DNA from: Macrostomum lignano
Taxonomy: Eukaryota
Reading direction: 5' to 3'
NCBI GenBank assembly: GCA_002269645.1
Contig: NIVC01003596.1
Location: forward strand, 1-63,935
DNA: 63,935 nucleotides
Under the pieces are notes generated by a model, which did not search any database, was not told where the DNA came from, and saw nothing but the letters and a program-made list of their open reading frames with translations. The first letter of the stretch is position 1, and every line of letters begins with the position of its first letter. Positions 23,880-41,000 of the stretch are shown here, piece by piece. The translations under genes and the position numbers were made by a program.

Positions 23880-24451
23880 CACCTGTATAACTTTCGCCGA
23901 CACATTTTCAAACAGATCTTCCGACACTTTTTTTATGACATTTAAAATGTTGCAGTGTCGAAAAAAAGTGTCGTAACAGTTGACATTCGCCGACAAATAT
24001 TTTCCGACACTTAAATTAATGCTGCAAAAAGTGTCTGAAAAAGTGTCGTATGGTTAAATTCTGCCAACACATCTTCCGACACTTAAAATTTTGCTTCTTA
24101 GAGCTAGGGGATGTACATGTAGCTCGTACTATTCATGTAAGCTAACATGTATGTTTGTTAAGTACGCACTACGCAGCAGCCTGTAGTACATGACAGATTC
24201 ATTCAAATTAATCTTCAGTCAGATAAATATAGTAGATCAAACCATTAAATGTAAGTTTGTGATTTGAGAAACATTTCCCTGTTTCCCTGTTTAAAAGATC
24301 CCTTCATGGGAACATGATACAAGAACTGTTTCTTCAACTGCTTCAAATTTTTGTTACGACACTTTTCCGACACTTTTTGCGACATTTTAAGTGTCGTAAA
24401 AAAGTGTCGGAAGATCTGTCTGAAAATGTGTCGGCGAAAGTTATACAGGTG
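23880..24451. mobile_element. Non-autonomous TIR element with 5'-CAC termini (CMC/EnSpm- or Transib-like)
   Basis: Long (~60-95 bp) imperfect TIR beginning CACCTGTATAACTTTCGCCGACACATTTTCA at both ends, many internal CGACAC/GTGTCG motifs. No TSD; flanking Gypsy sequence appears deleted. Confidence 0.75.
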
Positions 24452-24630
24452 TCCTGAGCACGTCAACTGCAGAGCCTGTGTACGAGAACAGCTGCTTCGG
24501 GTCGGCGCGATGACCATTTGCTTTGCCAGGCGTTTCACGGTCTTCTCGTTGATTATGTTGACTCTTGAGCCATGTCCAATAGGAGCCTGACGTTGATGTT
24601 AGCAATGCTGCAAATCACGAAGTTAAGGAA
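24452..24630 (-). pseudogene. Gypsy aspartic protease remnant
   Basis: Frameshifted INVRLLLD(x)GSRVNII...KQLFSYTGSAVDVL, the typical retropepsin pattern. Confidence 0.6.
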
Positions 24631-24654
24631 GGAGCGACGCTTCATATTTAACTG

Positions 24655-25560
24655 CTTCTTCTTCTTCTTATTATTATTATTATTCTTCTTCTTCTTGCCG
24701 TTTTCGCCTTTCGGCTTGGCTCCCTCAGGGCCCTCCGCATCATGTCCTCTGGTGTCTCGCCATGTTGGTTGCCGTAGGTTCTTTCCGCATAAATCATAGC
24801 TCTTCGTTTTCACTCGACACTTCCTTGGTGGAGTGGTCTGCGTTTCCTACAATACTTCGTTTCTCCCGCACGCCTTCCGGTGCCTTGCCAGGTTGCACGT
24901 CGTTACTCTCTTCCTACACTTCTCGCACGCCGTCTTCCCACAGTCCTCTCGTTCTCCTCTACAACTCTTTTTATGGTTCTTCATCGTTGCTTCTTGTGCG
25001 AAGGTTTTGCTGTATTTGTTACATTTGAATATTCGACATTTACGAGCTATTACCTGCATGCCCTTCACGCGGTGCATTCTCTTTTCATGTATTGCAAGCC
25101 CTGCTTTGCTCCTACAAACTTTATCACACCCTTCATATTCACATTTGAACTCCGTTCTCTCTTCTTTCTCTTTCTGTCTGTCTCCAGGTTTCGCTTCCGG
25201 CTTCTTCTCTGTTTCTTCCGGTGGATGGGACCTCTGTCGCGGATTGTCGTCCCTTTCCCCTCTGATCCTCTTAGCTCGACTTTTCTCCCATTCTTGTATC
25301 TCTTTCGTTCTCATTTCCACAATGGATTTCCATTTCTTCCGGTCTTGTGTGAATCTCTCTGCTCTCTTTGGCTCAATTCCTGCTTCCCGTAGCAGTCTCT
25401 TCCAGAAATTCACTGTTTGACTATTCCGTTGTCTTCTTGATTACCTCCAGTTTCTTGTACCAGCCTATTACAGCTCTCTTAGTCTGCCTCTCGTCTGGCA
25501 CGCGTAACACGTGGCCGATCCGAATGAGATGTGCTCGTTCGATCTTCACCCTCAACTGAT
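24655..25560 (-). mobile_element. 3' portion of an RTE-like non-LTR element with C-terminal zinc fingers and (AAG)n(AAT)n tail
   Basis: HLIRIGHVLRVPDERQTKRAVIGW, DRKKWKSIV, C2H2 finger CEYEGCDKVCRSKAGLAIHEKRMH plus two further finger-like motifs; microsatellite tail at about 24655-24700. Confidence 0.7.
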
Positions 25561-26100
25561 GCTACTGATGGGCTCATCTCGACTTTCCAGGTGACGCACC
25601 AGGTGTGTACCGCGTCCAGGGCCGGTTGCAGGTTGTCGGCACAGCGGTCGAGCGAGTTAGCTGTGCTCAGCAGCGTGCTGATATCGGCATAGAGGCTGAT
25701 GCCAATGCCCGGGGCCGCTTGGTTAACTGTTTCGACCAGGTCATTGACGTACACGTTCCATAACGTCGAGGTGATGACGCTGCTCTGTGGGAGACCTCCG
25801 TGGAAACTTCTCTCTCAACTGAGGGCGGCGTTCCAGCGGACTCGGGCGCGTCTTTGGCAGAGAAATCCCCTGATCCACTGGGCCATGCGGTGGCTGACGA
25901 CCATTCTTAGGAGCCTGGCATAAAGAGCCCGGCGCTACACCCTGTCATCGGCGCGGCTGAAGTCGAGCAATGCCAGGATGCTGCACAGTGACTGGCTAGC
26001 CTCTAGTCCGTCGAAAATGTCTTGGCAAATGCGGCTGATCTGCTCTTTGCAGCTCCGGTGCCTGCGAAAGCCGGCTTTTTCGTTGTTTTGAGACCGCCAG
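25561..26100 (-). pseudogene. Degenerate RT fragment of a second non-LTR clade (I/Ingi-like)
   Basis: AGFRRHRSCKEQI...ILALLDFSRA.DRV...WIRGFLCQRRARVRWN...GLPQSSVITSTLWNVYVNDL...SLYADI; contains stops. Confidence 0.7.
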
Positions 26101-26760
<660 letters not shown>

Positions 26761-26956
26761 GTTATTAGAGACCCTAAAGTTACGACCCTACAGTTAAAGA
26801 GACCCTAACAGGGACCCTACAGTTAATATTATACTTGAGACCCCAAATAACTAAAAGTCAACCGAATCGTTAAGTAGACAAGAGTTTATATATTTCCGAA
26901 ACACCAACAAATATCACGACAAGTTTTAATCACCAAAACCCGAAAAGTAATCAATT

Positions 26957-29664
<2,708 letters not shown>

Positions 29665-30152
29665 ATTTGCTAAGCTTCAGTGGCGACTAGATTGGATTTT
29701 CGGCGTCGAAACTGGCCCGCTTTTATGCTGTCGCCGGACCTGGCATCTCGGCAGGCGGTCGCAATCTCACCTGCAGGTTGGCAACTTGCTGAGCTGGCAG
29801 TTTTGCAGATTTTTTGCGAAGTTTCTTACTCGAGATCGAGAGCTTCATGACAGCGAAGTTGCTTTTCGGCTGACTTTGACCACCTGCCGAATCTAGGTGT
29901 TTGGCGGCAGATTTCCCAATTTTGCTGACGTGTTGAACAAGTGTTTGCTATTTAAATAGAAGCAAGTGCTTGTTCTATCGAATATTGAACTTTTAACTTT
30001 CTTTTCAAATTCAAAACAGAAAAGTCAAGTCTGCGGTCTGCAACTGAACAGCTTTTCGACTAGTTGGACTTCATTTTATTTTCTAGGTGTCAAGCACAGC
30101 AACACGAGCAAACTGATTCTAATTTTGCAATGTGCGAGAAACACAACGTTTC

Positions 30153-30609
30153 TTATTGCTTTTGATAGGAGGCAGACCCGGTGATCATCTTTTGATATTC
30201 TGTGCCTTTCTTATTGCTCTATCGATATTCATAAAGCTTTTCGTTCAGAAAATTAGGATTCTATGTTAATGTTTTATTCTACACAGAATTCCATATGCCC
30301 TGTGACTAAAAACCATTTTAAAAAATGGCACGGCTCGGCTCATCGGTTTTATGAATCTATTTTATGATTCTTAGCTGTCTGAGCAATAATAATGTGTAAC
30401 AGAGATGATAAAATAGATTTATAAAACCAGAGTCGAGATGTGCCATGCATTTTTAGGATTTTTACGCACATGAAATGTACGTAGAATAAAAAATTAACAT
30501 AGAATCTAAATTGTCTAAATGAAAAGCTCACGAATATCGATAGAGCAATAAGAAAGGCAGAACATATCAAAATATGAACACTGGGTCTGCCTCCTATCAA
30601 AAGCAATAA
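30153..30609. repeat. Foldback / long inverted repeat
   Basis: 30153-30230 is the reverse complement of 30532-30609 (about 90% by eye); weaker pairing continues inward to about 30320/30440. Confidence 0.7.
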
Positions 30610-31504
30610 CAATTTTTGTGCTGAAAAATGAAAGCTTCCTATCTCCGTAGTGTATTTTTTCGGAAAACCTGCCTTTAAAATTTTTATAAGAAACGAGGCT
30701 TCTCGTCCTTCTACTTAAGCCGTCCTTGGTAAAACAATGTATCACTCGTGTAGCTTGACTGACTTGATGTTAGAGTTATCAGATGCTGGAGGTTAGAATC
30801 CAAATTTTGACTGAACGACACGCTGATAGATAAGTTCTGACAGCAGGAGTTTCGCTTCCCTTCTACATGCGTTCCAGCTTGAGCATGAGTAGCGCTCATG
30901 AATGTTTGTGTGGCCAAGGAAATCTCCGCGAAAATCTTGGCCTGTTAAAGAAGTCCGCCCCGTTGAATTTCCTCGACTTCTGGTGGTGGATCATCAACAA
31001 GCTGCGGTTCGAGACCCAGCGCCCATCCACTCCCCTTATTAGAGCGCATCCCCAGGCACATTCAATGAACCAGAAATCTGTTCTGTCAGAAATTAAAAAC
31101 ACAGGCGCAGACACAAAGTCTAAGTCCGTTGTAACACCCTGTGTGCACGTGCGAGCGCATCTGTGTGCGCGTGTGTGCGCTATAAGCTATATAAACTAAA
31201 CTAAAAACCTTGGACACCCAGGATGACATGCAATAGGCCATGAAGACACCCCACATTTGCTGCAAGCAGTTGACAAAGTTGAATGAAGCAGAAACTTTAG
31301 TTCACAGAAAGGATTAGCCGCGCTACGCCAGCGCACATTGAATAATAATGAGCAAGCGAACTCGCTATGCCGCAATGCACAAAAAAGTTTGCGCGCAGTG
31401 TATTTACAAACAGTTGCTGTTAGTACAAAATGCAATTGTCAGGCAAAATTGAAGCAGAAACAGATTATATATAGGAAACAATAGCGATTTAAACTAGCAA
31501 GCTC

Positions 31505-32005
31505 TATTGGATAAACACCCTTTTCTAACTTGGTAGATTGTAAACACAGATAAACACCCTCTTCTAACTTGGTAGATTATAAACACAGATAAACACCCTC
31601 TTCTAACTTGGTAGCTTGTAAACACAGATAAACACCCTCTTCTAACTTGGTAGCTTATAAACACAGATAAACACCCTCTTCTAACTTGGTAGATTATAAA
31701 CACAGATAAACACCCTCTTCTAACTTGGTAGATTGTAAACACAGATAAACACCCTCTTCTAACTTGGTAGATTGTAAACACAGATAAACACCCTCTTCTA
31801 ACTTGGTAGCTTATAAACACAGATAAACACCCTCTTCTAACTTGGTAGCTTGTAAACACAGATAAACACCCTCTTCTAACTTGGTAGCTTATAAACACAG
31901 ATAAACACCCTCTTCTAACTTGGTAGATTATAAACACAGATAAACACCCTCTTCTAACTTGGTAGATTGTAAACACAGATAAACACCCTCTTCTAACTTG
32001 GTAGA
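31505..32005. repeat. 39-bp minisatellite just downstream of GTF3C3
   Basis: Unit ATAAACACCCTCTTCTAACTTGGTAGATTGTAAACACAG, about 13 copies. Confidence 0.92.
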
Positions 32006-32091
32006 TCTAAGACAAATATAAAAACCCTTTACTACGTAAGTTTTTTAGTTTAATTTCAAGCCACAAAATGCACTTCCCGCATGGTTATTAA

Positions 32092-35000
32092 TCAGTGAAT
32101 AACCAGATGCTCCCTGAGCAGCCGGGACACCATGGCCTCGTTCCCAACAGACTTGTACAGCACCAGCAGGTTGTGCGCCGCCGTTGGTCGCAGATCGTTC
32201 CGTTGCCGTTGCTCGGCCGTCTCGCCCTCCGGCTGGGCGCTCAGGGCGCGCTCGTAGCCTGCGGCGGCGTGGCGCAACAGGCCGAGGCGGTGCAGAATCC
32301 TGCGGGAGTGATGAGAGATGATGGTGGGTGAGGAAGATGGTGATTGGAGATAATTGTGGGTGAGGGAGAGGGTGATTGGCGGTGATGGTGGGTGAGGGAG
32401 AGGGTGATTGGCGGTGATGGTGGGTGAGGGAGAGGGTGATTGGCGGTGATGGTGGGTGAGGGAGAGGGTGATTGGCGGTGATGGTGGGTGAGGGAGAGGG
32501 TGATTGGCGGTGATGGTGGGTGAGGGAGAGGGTGATTGGCGGTGATGGTGGATGAGGGAGAGGGTGATTGGCGGTGATGGTGGGTGAGGGAGAGGGTGAT
32601 TGGCGGTGATGGTGGATGAGGGAGAGGGTGATTGGCGGTGATGGTGGATGAGGGAGAGGGTGATTGGCGGTGATGGTGGATGAGGGAGAGGGTGATTGGC
32701 GGTGATGGTGGGTGAGGGAGAGGGTGATTGACGGTGATGGTGGGTGAGGGAGACGGTGGTTGGAGATGAGTTCATATACCTGGCAGTATTGTAGGCAACC
32801 TCCTGGCAGCCATGCGGGGCCCGCAGCTGAGCGTAGCAGGTGAGCATTGCACAGGCGTTGGCCACAAAGAAATGCCGATTAGCCAGGTGCCGCTGGCAGG
32901 CCAGCGAGGCGAAGGCGGACGCGGCCAGCAGGGGCACCAGCGGGTCATCCTGGCGAACCCGGCGCAGATGCGTGAGCGCCAGCAGGGCTCGCCGGTACTT
33001 GCCGGTAAGCAGGAAGCCCTGAGCGGTCATGAGCAGCAGCGGGTAGCGCAGGCGGGGCAGCCGGGCGGCCATGCGAAGCGGCATCCGCTCGCTGCACTGG
33101 GTGAGGCCGGCCACCAGGCCCAGGGTGTTCGGCCCGGTGCTGCGGTCCTGATAGCGACAGCAGAAGTCCTTGGCGATGTGCAGCACCGAGGCCACGGACT
33201 TGGTGTAGAATGCGCTGGTCAGAGCCAACAGGTTGATCTGCTCGCAGCGGCGCCTGTTACCGCTGAATGCGGGATGGTAGAGGGCCCAGGTGGTGGCCAG
33301 GTCCAGCCGCTCCCATTGACGCGACTCGTACAGCCGCTGAACTAGGCGCCTGCGTGCGAGGGGGGCGGGGGCACGAATGACTGGGGGGGTGAGGTGCGAT
33401 TCCTTGTGGTGGTGTCCATGGGCGATTCCTTGTGGCGGTGTCCATGGGCGATTCCTTGTAGTGGTGTCCATGGGCGATTCCTTGCGGGAGCTTCTATGGG
33501 CGATTCCTTGTGGCGGTGTCCATGGGCGATTCCTTGTGGTGGTGTCCATGGGCGATTCCTTGTGGCGGTGTCCATGGGCGATTCCTTGTGGTGGTGTCCA
33601 TGAGCGATTCCTTGTGGTGGTGTCCATGGGCGATTCCTTGTGGTGGTGTCCATGGGCGATTCCTTGTGGTGGTGTCCATGGGCTATTCCTTGCGGGAGCT
33701 TCTATGGGCGATTCCTTGCAGGGGGTGTCTAGGGGCGATTCCTTGCAGGGGGTGTCTAGGGGCGATTGCTTGCGGGGGCGTCCAGATGCGATTTCTTGCG
33801 GGGTGTCTAGGGGAATTCCTTGTGGGGGTATCTAGAGGCGATTCCTTGCGGAGGTGTCCAGGGGCGATTCCTTGCGGGGGTGTCGATGGGCGATTCCTTG
33901 TGGGGGTGTCCAGGGGTGATTCCTTGCGGGGGTGTCTATGAGCGATTTGTCCAGAAGGGTCTTTGCGAGTCTGTCTAGCTGTCAAAGGGAACTGAATTCG
34001 TGTAAAAGAAAAAGTTAATAGCCAGCCCACCTGTACACATCCCAGAGATCATCCGGGTTGAGGTTGGCCACGGCCCGGCCAAAGGCTTTGCTGGCCCGGT
34101 CCACCAGGCTGTCCGCCCTCCGGCCCCTGGTGAACAGGGCCTGCATGTCAGCCAGGCTGGCGCAGCCGAGGTCGGCGAACAGCGGCTCCAGCCGGCCGAA
34201 GACGAGTCGCCAGGCCTCGAGCTCGAAGGCCGCGGGGTCCCGGTGCATCAGCATCAGGCAGCGATTGAGCGCCAGCTTAGCAGACTCGGCCGTGGAGTCG
34301 ATGGCGGAGTCAGCGGCCGATGCGGGCAGGCGGAGCGTCTCCAGGGCTTCAGCGCTCTGGCCGAGGCTCACCTGGATGACATGGAGAGTCAATTTAGGTT
34401 TTCTATGGCTGCTCGGTGGAGCTGAAATTATGGGAGGAAAGAAGAGGGAAGAGCGAGAAGGGAAGAAAGAGGGGAAAGGGGAAAAGAGAGGGCAGAAAGG
34501 TATAGAGAAGGGAAGGAGAGGTAGAGAGGGGAAGGAGAGGTAGAGAGGGGAAGAGAAGTAGAGAGGGGAAGGGGAGGAAGAGAGGGGAAGGGGAGGAAGA
34601 GAGGGGAAGGGGAGGAAGAGAGGGGAAGAGAAGAAGAGAGGGGAAGAGAAGAAGAGAGGGGAAGGGGAGGAAGAGAGGGGAAGAGAAGAAGAGAGGGGAA
34701 GGGGAGGAAGAGAGGGGAAGGGGAGGAAGAGAGGGGAAGAGAAGAAGAGAGGGGAAGGGGAGGAAGAGAGGGGAGGAAGAGAGGGGAAGAGAAGAAGAGA
34801 GGGGAAGGGGAGGAAGAGAGGGGAGGAAGAGAGGGGAAGAGAAGTAGAGAGGGGAAGGGGAGGAAGAGAGGGGAGGAAGAGAGGGGAAGAGAAGTAGAGA
34901 GGGGAAGGGGAGGAAGAGATGGGAAGGGGAGGAAGAGAGGGGAGGAAGAGAGGGGAAGGGGAGGAAGAGAGGGGAAGGGGAGGAAGAGAGGGGAAAGGGA

Positions 35001-38000
35001 AGAAGAGAGGGGAAGGGGAGGAAGAGAGGGGAGGAAGAGAGGGGAAGAGAAGTAGAGAGGGGAAAGGGAAGAAGAGAGGGGAAGGGGAGGAAGAGAGGGG
35101 AAGGGGAGGAAGAGAGGGGAAGGGGAGGAAGAGAGGGGAGGAAGAGAGGGGAAGAGAAGTAGAGAGGGGAAGGGGAGGAAGAGATGGGAAGGGGAGGAAG
35201 AGAGGGGAGGAAGAGAGGGGAAGAGAAGTAGAGAGGGGAAGGGGAGGAAGAGAAGGGAAGGGGGAAGAGGGAAGAGATGTAGAGAGGTGAAGGGGAGGGG
35301 AAAGGAAGGGGAAGATAATGGAGTATGAGAACGAGAGGGGAATATATTAAAAAAATCAATATCAGCAATCAAGTGGGGATGAAAACAAAGACAATGGAGG
35401 TAGAGACACTCGCAGAAGATGTGAGCCAACGATTCGAACCTGCACATCACTGAGCGCCAGCCGGGCCTGATGATAGTCTGGCGCCAGCTGGATGGTTCTC
35501 TCGTAGGCGGCGGCGCAGTCGGCCAGGCGGCCGAGCTCCTTGAGGCACTGGGCGTAGCTCAGCCACACGGCCGCCTTGTCAGCGCAGGCGCCAGGCTGAA
35601 GCAGCCGCTCGAGAATACAGCAGGCCTGGCTGTGCATGCCGGCTCCGGACAGAGCCTCGGCCACGTCCATCAGCAGGTCGCTGTTCTCCTGAGGCGGCAG
35701 CGACAGCAGCCGGTCGGTGATGTCCGGGTGGGCGGCGGCCGGACAGGCGAAGCCGGCCAGGGAAATGGCCAGCTTGGCTAGAAGGTCGGGCAGCAGCGAG
35801 TCCGGCACCTCCACGGCGGCGAGGGCGGCTGCCGACTTCAGCGACGAGTCCAGCTCAGCCAGGTTGACGCCAGACTCAAGACGGCGAGGCTGGTCGGCAG
35901 CGGCAGCAGATGATGAGGCTGAAGCAGATGCTGAAGGGTCCAAAGAAAGCGGAGGCAGCAGTAGAGCGACGCCGTAGTGAGTAACAAGCAGGTGCAGTGC
36001 TCTGGCGAACCGGTCCGCGCTGCGGGATGCCATTCGGGGTTTGGGATCTCATATGGCGATCCGGATGAGATCTCAGCATCTCACAGACAGCCAAATGGGA
36101 TCTCAGCATCTCACAGAGAGCCAAATGGGATTTCAGAATCTCACAGAAAGCCAAATGGGATCTCAGCATCTCACAGAGAGCCGAATGGGATTTCAGAATC
36201 TCACAGAAAGCCAAATGGGATCTCAGCATCTCACAGAGAGCCAGATGGGATCTCAGCATCTCACAGAGAGCCAGATGGGATCTCAGCATCTCCCAGAGTG
36301 CCAGATGGTATTTAAATGACTCCAGCACGCACCTGGAGCTCTTGAACAGCAGGTCGATGGCAATGTTGGCCTCTGCGTCTGTGCGCAGCTCCGGGAACCG
36401 CTGGAAGGCCACCTCGTAGCAGGCCGCGGCGCGGTCGCAGTCGTCCTGCCTGTAGAAGCCGTCGGCCAGCTCCCTGGCCAGCTGCAGCGCCTGCTCCGGC
36501 TCCATCTCGATGCGACGCAGCACGTCCAGGTAGGCGCGCAGGTAAGCCGAGGTGTCCCCGGCCAGCTTGTACAGCTCCGCCCGCTCCACCCGCAGCATAT
36601 CGCTGTCCGGCCCGCCAATGCGAATGGCGCTGCAGTGTTGGGTTTGGGGATCTGCTGCAGTCCTGTGTCTCACCGCTTCATTTGTGTCTCACCGCTTAAT
36701 TTGTGTCTCACCGCTTAATTTGTGTCTCACCGCTTAATTTGTGTCTCACCGTTTCATTTGTGCCTCACCGTTTCATTTGTGTCTCACCGCTCCCCTTGTG
36801 TCTCACCACTCCTCTTGTGTCTCACCGCTTCATTTCCCGTGTGGCCATGTGGTCGGGTTCTTCGTCTGGTTTTGGTCTGTTTAGGCAAGGTTTTTGTACT
36901 ATTTCCAGACAAAGAACGGAAACCTGGTGAATTGGTCCGGTTTTTCTCTGGTTCTCTTAACCAGACGAAATTCCAGGCGAAGAACCGGGCGAGTACTGTG
37001 GTTTTAAAGGAATTTGCCTGGTTTTCAGCCCGGTTTTTTTGCCCGGGCCTTCGTCTGGTTAGGTGCCAGATGAGTAACCGGGGGACATCCGGAGTAAATC
37101 CCGATGCAATATTTTTAGTATAGAATTTTGCCCGGTTTTTTCTCTGGTTCTTCATCCGGACAAAAGCCATAGAAGACAACGAAGGAAGACCAGTGGAAAA
37201 CCGGACTTCTCTTTTTCTTTTGATGTTTCAAATTGAAACGTTCATGATAATTGCAAAACAAAAGTTTTAAGAAATATAATGCCTCGCTTTATGTTCCGCA
37301 AAAATATGCATTATATAAGTGTATGTGCTTTGCATAAATAAATTTCTCTCGCTATGTGCTGCGTTCAAAACAACGTTTTTCTCAGTGTGTTGTTACTGGT
37401 TTAGTCACTGTACGAATCGCTAAGTCAAGTCAACCTAGCTAGTGAATAGTCGTTAGTAGCTAAGAATTCTTACAGAATTGTGAATAAACCCCTACGAGCT
37501 AGAAAGAAAAGAGGTGGGAAGAAAGCACCAAACAATCAAGTACATAGCCCCGCTCTTTAAGTTAACGAATAATGTCGAGTAGTACTCGAGCTGGCGGGAT
37601 ACGAACTAAATTTTCAATTGAAGTAGAAAATGGCAAAACTTTCAGAGCATATCTTCACTCTTTACTCTTAACATAACAATGGAGCAACAAAGACGCGAAA
37701 GGCGCTTTTACCAACGGTCTCGCAGACTGCAAGCCAAGCTCGATGCAGCCTGCTTAGGAGACGACTCCACTGAGGGTAATGGCCGTTCGCGTTCCCCCAT
37801 CAATCGCAATGTACCAAGTACATCGTGCACCAGCGATCGATATGGCGAAGCCGAGCTAGTTAACATCGGCGACGGCGCAGACGGGGATGGCACGGACGCA
37901 CCTGCAGGCAATGAGCCTTACGTGCACGGTGTGTGATAGCTCTCTATTACTTCTACACAGCACCTATATGCCCTGAAACCCGTCGTTACTGAAATACTTA

Positions 38001-41000
38001 TTACGCCTTACAGACTCCAGTGACGGTGGCAGTGAGCGTCATCAAAGCGGCGACGAAGTCGAGCCAGTGGACGGCGGCGACGACACTGACAGTAACGACA
38101 CGGACGATGACGACTACGAGCCTTCCGTGCACGGTTTGTGATAGCTCTTTATCACCGTTTCACAGAATCAGGGGGAAATTCCTGGCGAAGAATCGGACGA
38201 TTTCTCCGGTTTTAAAGGCAGTCTAGTCGAAAACCGGGTTTAGACAGTGTCATTCTTAACTTTTCTTTTCTTCGTTGTTTTTACACACAATCCATGCGCC
38301 CTTGACCCCCTTGGCCCCGTCCTTACAAGTATACTTATTATGCTCCACAGGCACCAGTGACACCGGTATGGCTGAGTCAGTCGACAGCGACGACGACCAG
38401 GAGCCCGCTCTCGATGCCTGGCTACAGCTGCCGTGGCACAATGGCGAGGCCATCACTGGTTCCGTTGGTGAGGCTGCATGCCTCATAAACGACTGCGCCG
38501 TTGATCTGGAGATCCCACGCAAAAAGATCACCAGACTTCTACGTCTACTGCACTGTCTCGTCCCTGGTAGTAGACTACCACGCACGGCAAGAACCATGTG
38601 GCGGACACTGAAGTCCGCGCAGAACTTTATTGGTTCAGCAAGTTGCGTCACTGTGTGCAACGAGTGCTACGTTAACTACCTTGGAGACTGCAGTCAAAAC
38701 GGTGGACAGTGCACCTACTGTGGATCAGTCAGTGTCGCCAACTTCTGGGTCTTCAATATCCGCAAGCAAATTCGAACCTACATAGAGTCGTGTGGACTTT
38801 TACAGAATCTGACGTTCCCGGTGGACTTCCGTAGGCCTGCAGACACCATCCACTTCAGCAACGGTCAACTGTACAGAGAGTTTCTAGAGTCCATAAACCC
38901 GGCTTCCAAGTGCGACCTCTCCTACACACTGAGCTCCGACGGCTTTCCATCACGGTCGACAAGTCATGTAGAGGTCTGTCCGGTTTACTTGAGCATCAAC
39001 GAGATTCATGATCCACTCTGGGCTGGAAAGACAAAGGTAAATGCGTCAGCTTTCCTCCCGGTGGTTGTTAACGGTCTAATTCCTCTACGCATCCGAGGCG
39101 TCACGTACACTGATACTGATGGAAAGAAACGTACGATACGTCTCCATCCAATACTTGGTATGTTCGACGCCCCGGCTCGTGCGGATGCGCTCTGCATGCG
39201 ACGATGCACGGCCATCTATGGATGTGAAAAGTGCTACATCCGTACGCGCCTGCATCCGTCAGGCTTTTGCCGCGTCTTTGACATCGGGTTAACGCCGGCA
39301 ATGCAAAATGCTGCTAGACGTCTTGGTTGCCTTCAGACTGTCCTCCGGAGCATGACAGACACGTGTATATTAGCCGAGCGGCACCTGAGGGGTATGGCAC
39401 CCGGTGTACGGCAACGCAATACGGACACATTAGGCGTCCGAGGACATTCTCCGTTGGGACGTCTTCCTGGATTCGACTTTATGCGCGGATGCCCGCCGTG
39501 TTATCTGCACCAGCTGCTCCTTAGTCTTGTCCGCATGATGATGTATCAATTTTTGCTCGTGCGCCACGACAAGCCTGATCGAGGAGAAACTAACTGTCCG
39601 GACCTGCACCGACTCCAAAGTCAGGTAAATGAGCAGTTGCTAAGAATCAGGCTGCCCAGCAACGTCCAACGCCATGCCGTGCGTCTTCTGAGTGACCTGC
39701 GCAACTTTCGTGGGCATGAGTATGAAATGTGGGTGCTAGCCTACGGTCCCCTGGTTTTAGAGGACTTTCTGCCACCCGACCATTATCAGCATCTGCTAAT
39801 TTTGTCCGCCGTTGTGTTCTGGATGTCCGCTGATTATGCGCCCACGAGTGAGTTGCGCCACGTGGAAGTTTCTTTGCGCCACTTCCATGACAAGCTGCAT
39901 CGATTGTATTCGCTGAAGGCACTGACATACAATGCTCATCAGGCGTGCTGCCACATGCTGACGTACGTACATCTGGCCGGCGCCGTACACCGCCAGTCGG
40001 CTGGTCTTTTTGAAAGCATGCATTTGCGCTTGCAGAAGCGTCTGCATGGTACGCGACGCACCAACGTTGAGCTGGCCGGTGCGGTGGAACGCCACATCGG
40101 CACCATTCAAGCGCGAGCGCGGCTGATTCGTCACGTGCAGCAGGAAGAAGAGGATCCATTTCGTCGAATCGAAGTACTCAGTCTCCCTGGTGTCGTGCTT
40201 CGTCGACCCAAGTCTTGGCAAGTCGGATGGCACAGTGCCACTCTGCAGTCCGGTTGGACGCTACGAATTTTTAGGCCTGGATGCCGGGATGCGTCCGGCT
40301 TTGTGGCTATCGAAGGTGGCACAGTGACGGATTTCCTTTTTTGTCGGCTGCACTCTATCGAACTGCAAGGCGAGCAGATTCGGCTCGCTGTGTACCTGCT
40401 GCTGGTTATTGCAGATGCCGACCCGCTCGAGTTGCTAGCGCAGGTCGCCACAACGTCACCGGCTCGTGGCTGTCGATTAGCGCATATCAGAAGATTTGCG
40501 TGCAACCCATTCGGAAACTTGGGAAACCCCGGCGGTTTGATTTACGTTGGGCTGCAACAGTTTCGGGGCGCCTGCGTGGTGACCGACACCAAAGTAGCTT
40601 TACTGCCCCATCCGCAGTTGTGCTACTCGTAGCTACTGCTGTGTAATTGTGCAACTGACAGTTACTCTTCTTTTACTAATATTAATACTCTACATTTTAG
40701 TCTCTGCACTTTACAGTACTTTACATGTTCCTTTGATAAATTAATTTATAATTTGTAATTATTTATAAAATTTACAATTTATTTATGATAAATAAATAAA
40801 TTGATAAATTACAAAGACGATGCGGGCGACTGCAGGAGTAAATTTTCTTATTTAAAGCCGGTGTTCCTATCAAAATCATTGATTATACTCGTACATTGAT
40901 AGATAGGCAGACAGACAGACAGACAGGTTGCTTTACCGGATAATAACCAGACAAAGAAAATAAATACAATAGAGGTACATAGGTATAGCTAAATTCAAGC

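Noticed and set aside
31006-31016. B-box GGTTCGAGACC downstream of GTF3C3 (tRNA gene or TFIIIC autoregulatory site)
   Set aside because: No A-box or cloverleaf, and it lies 3' of the gene; a single 11-mer is expected by chance.
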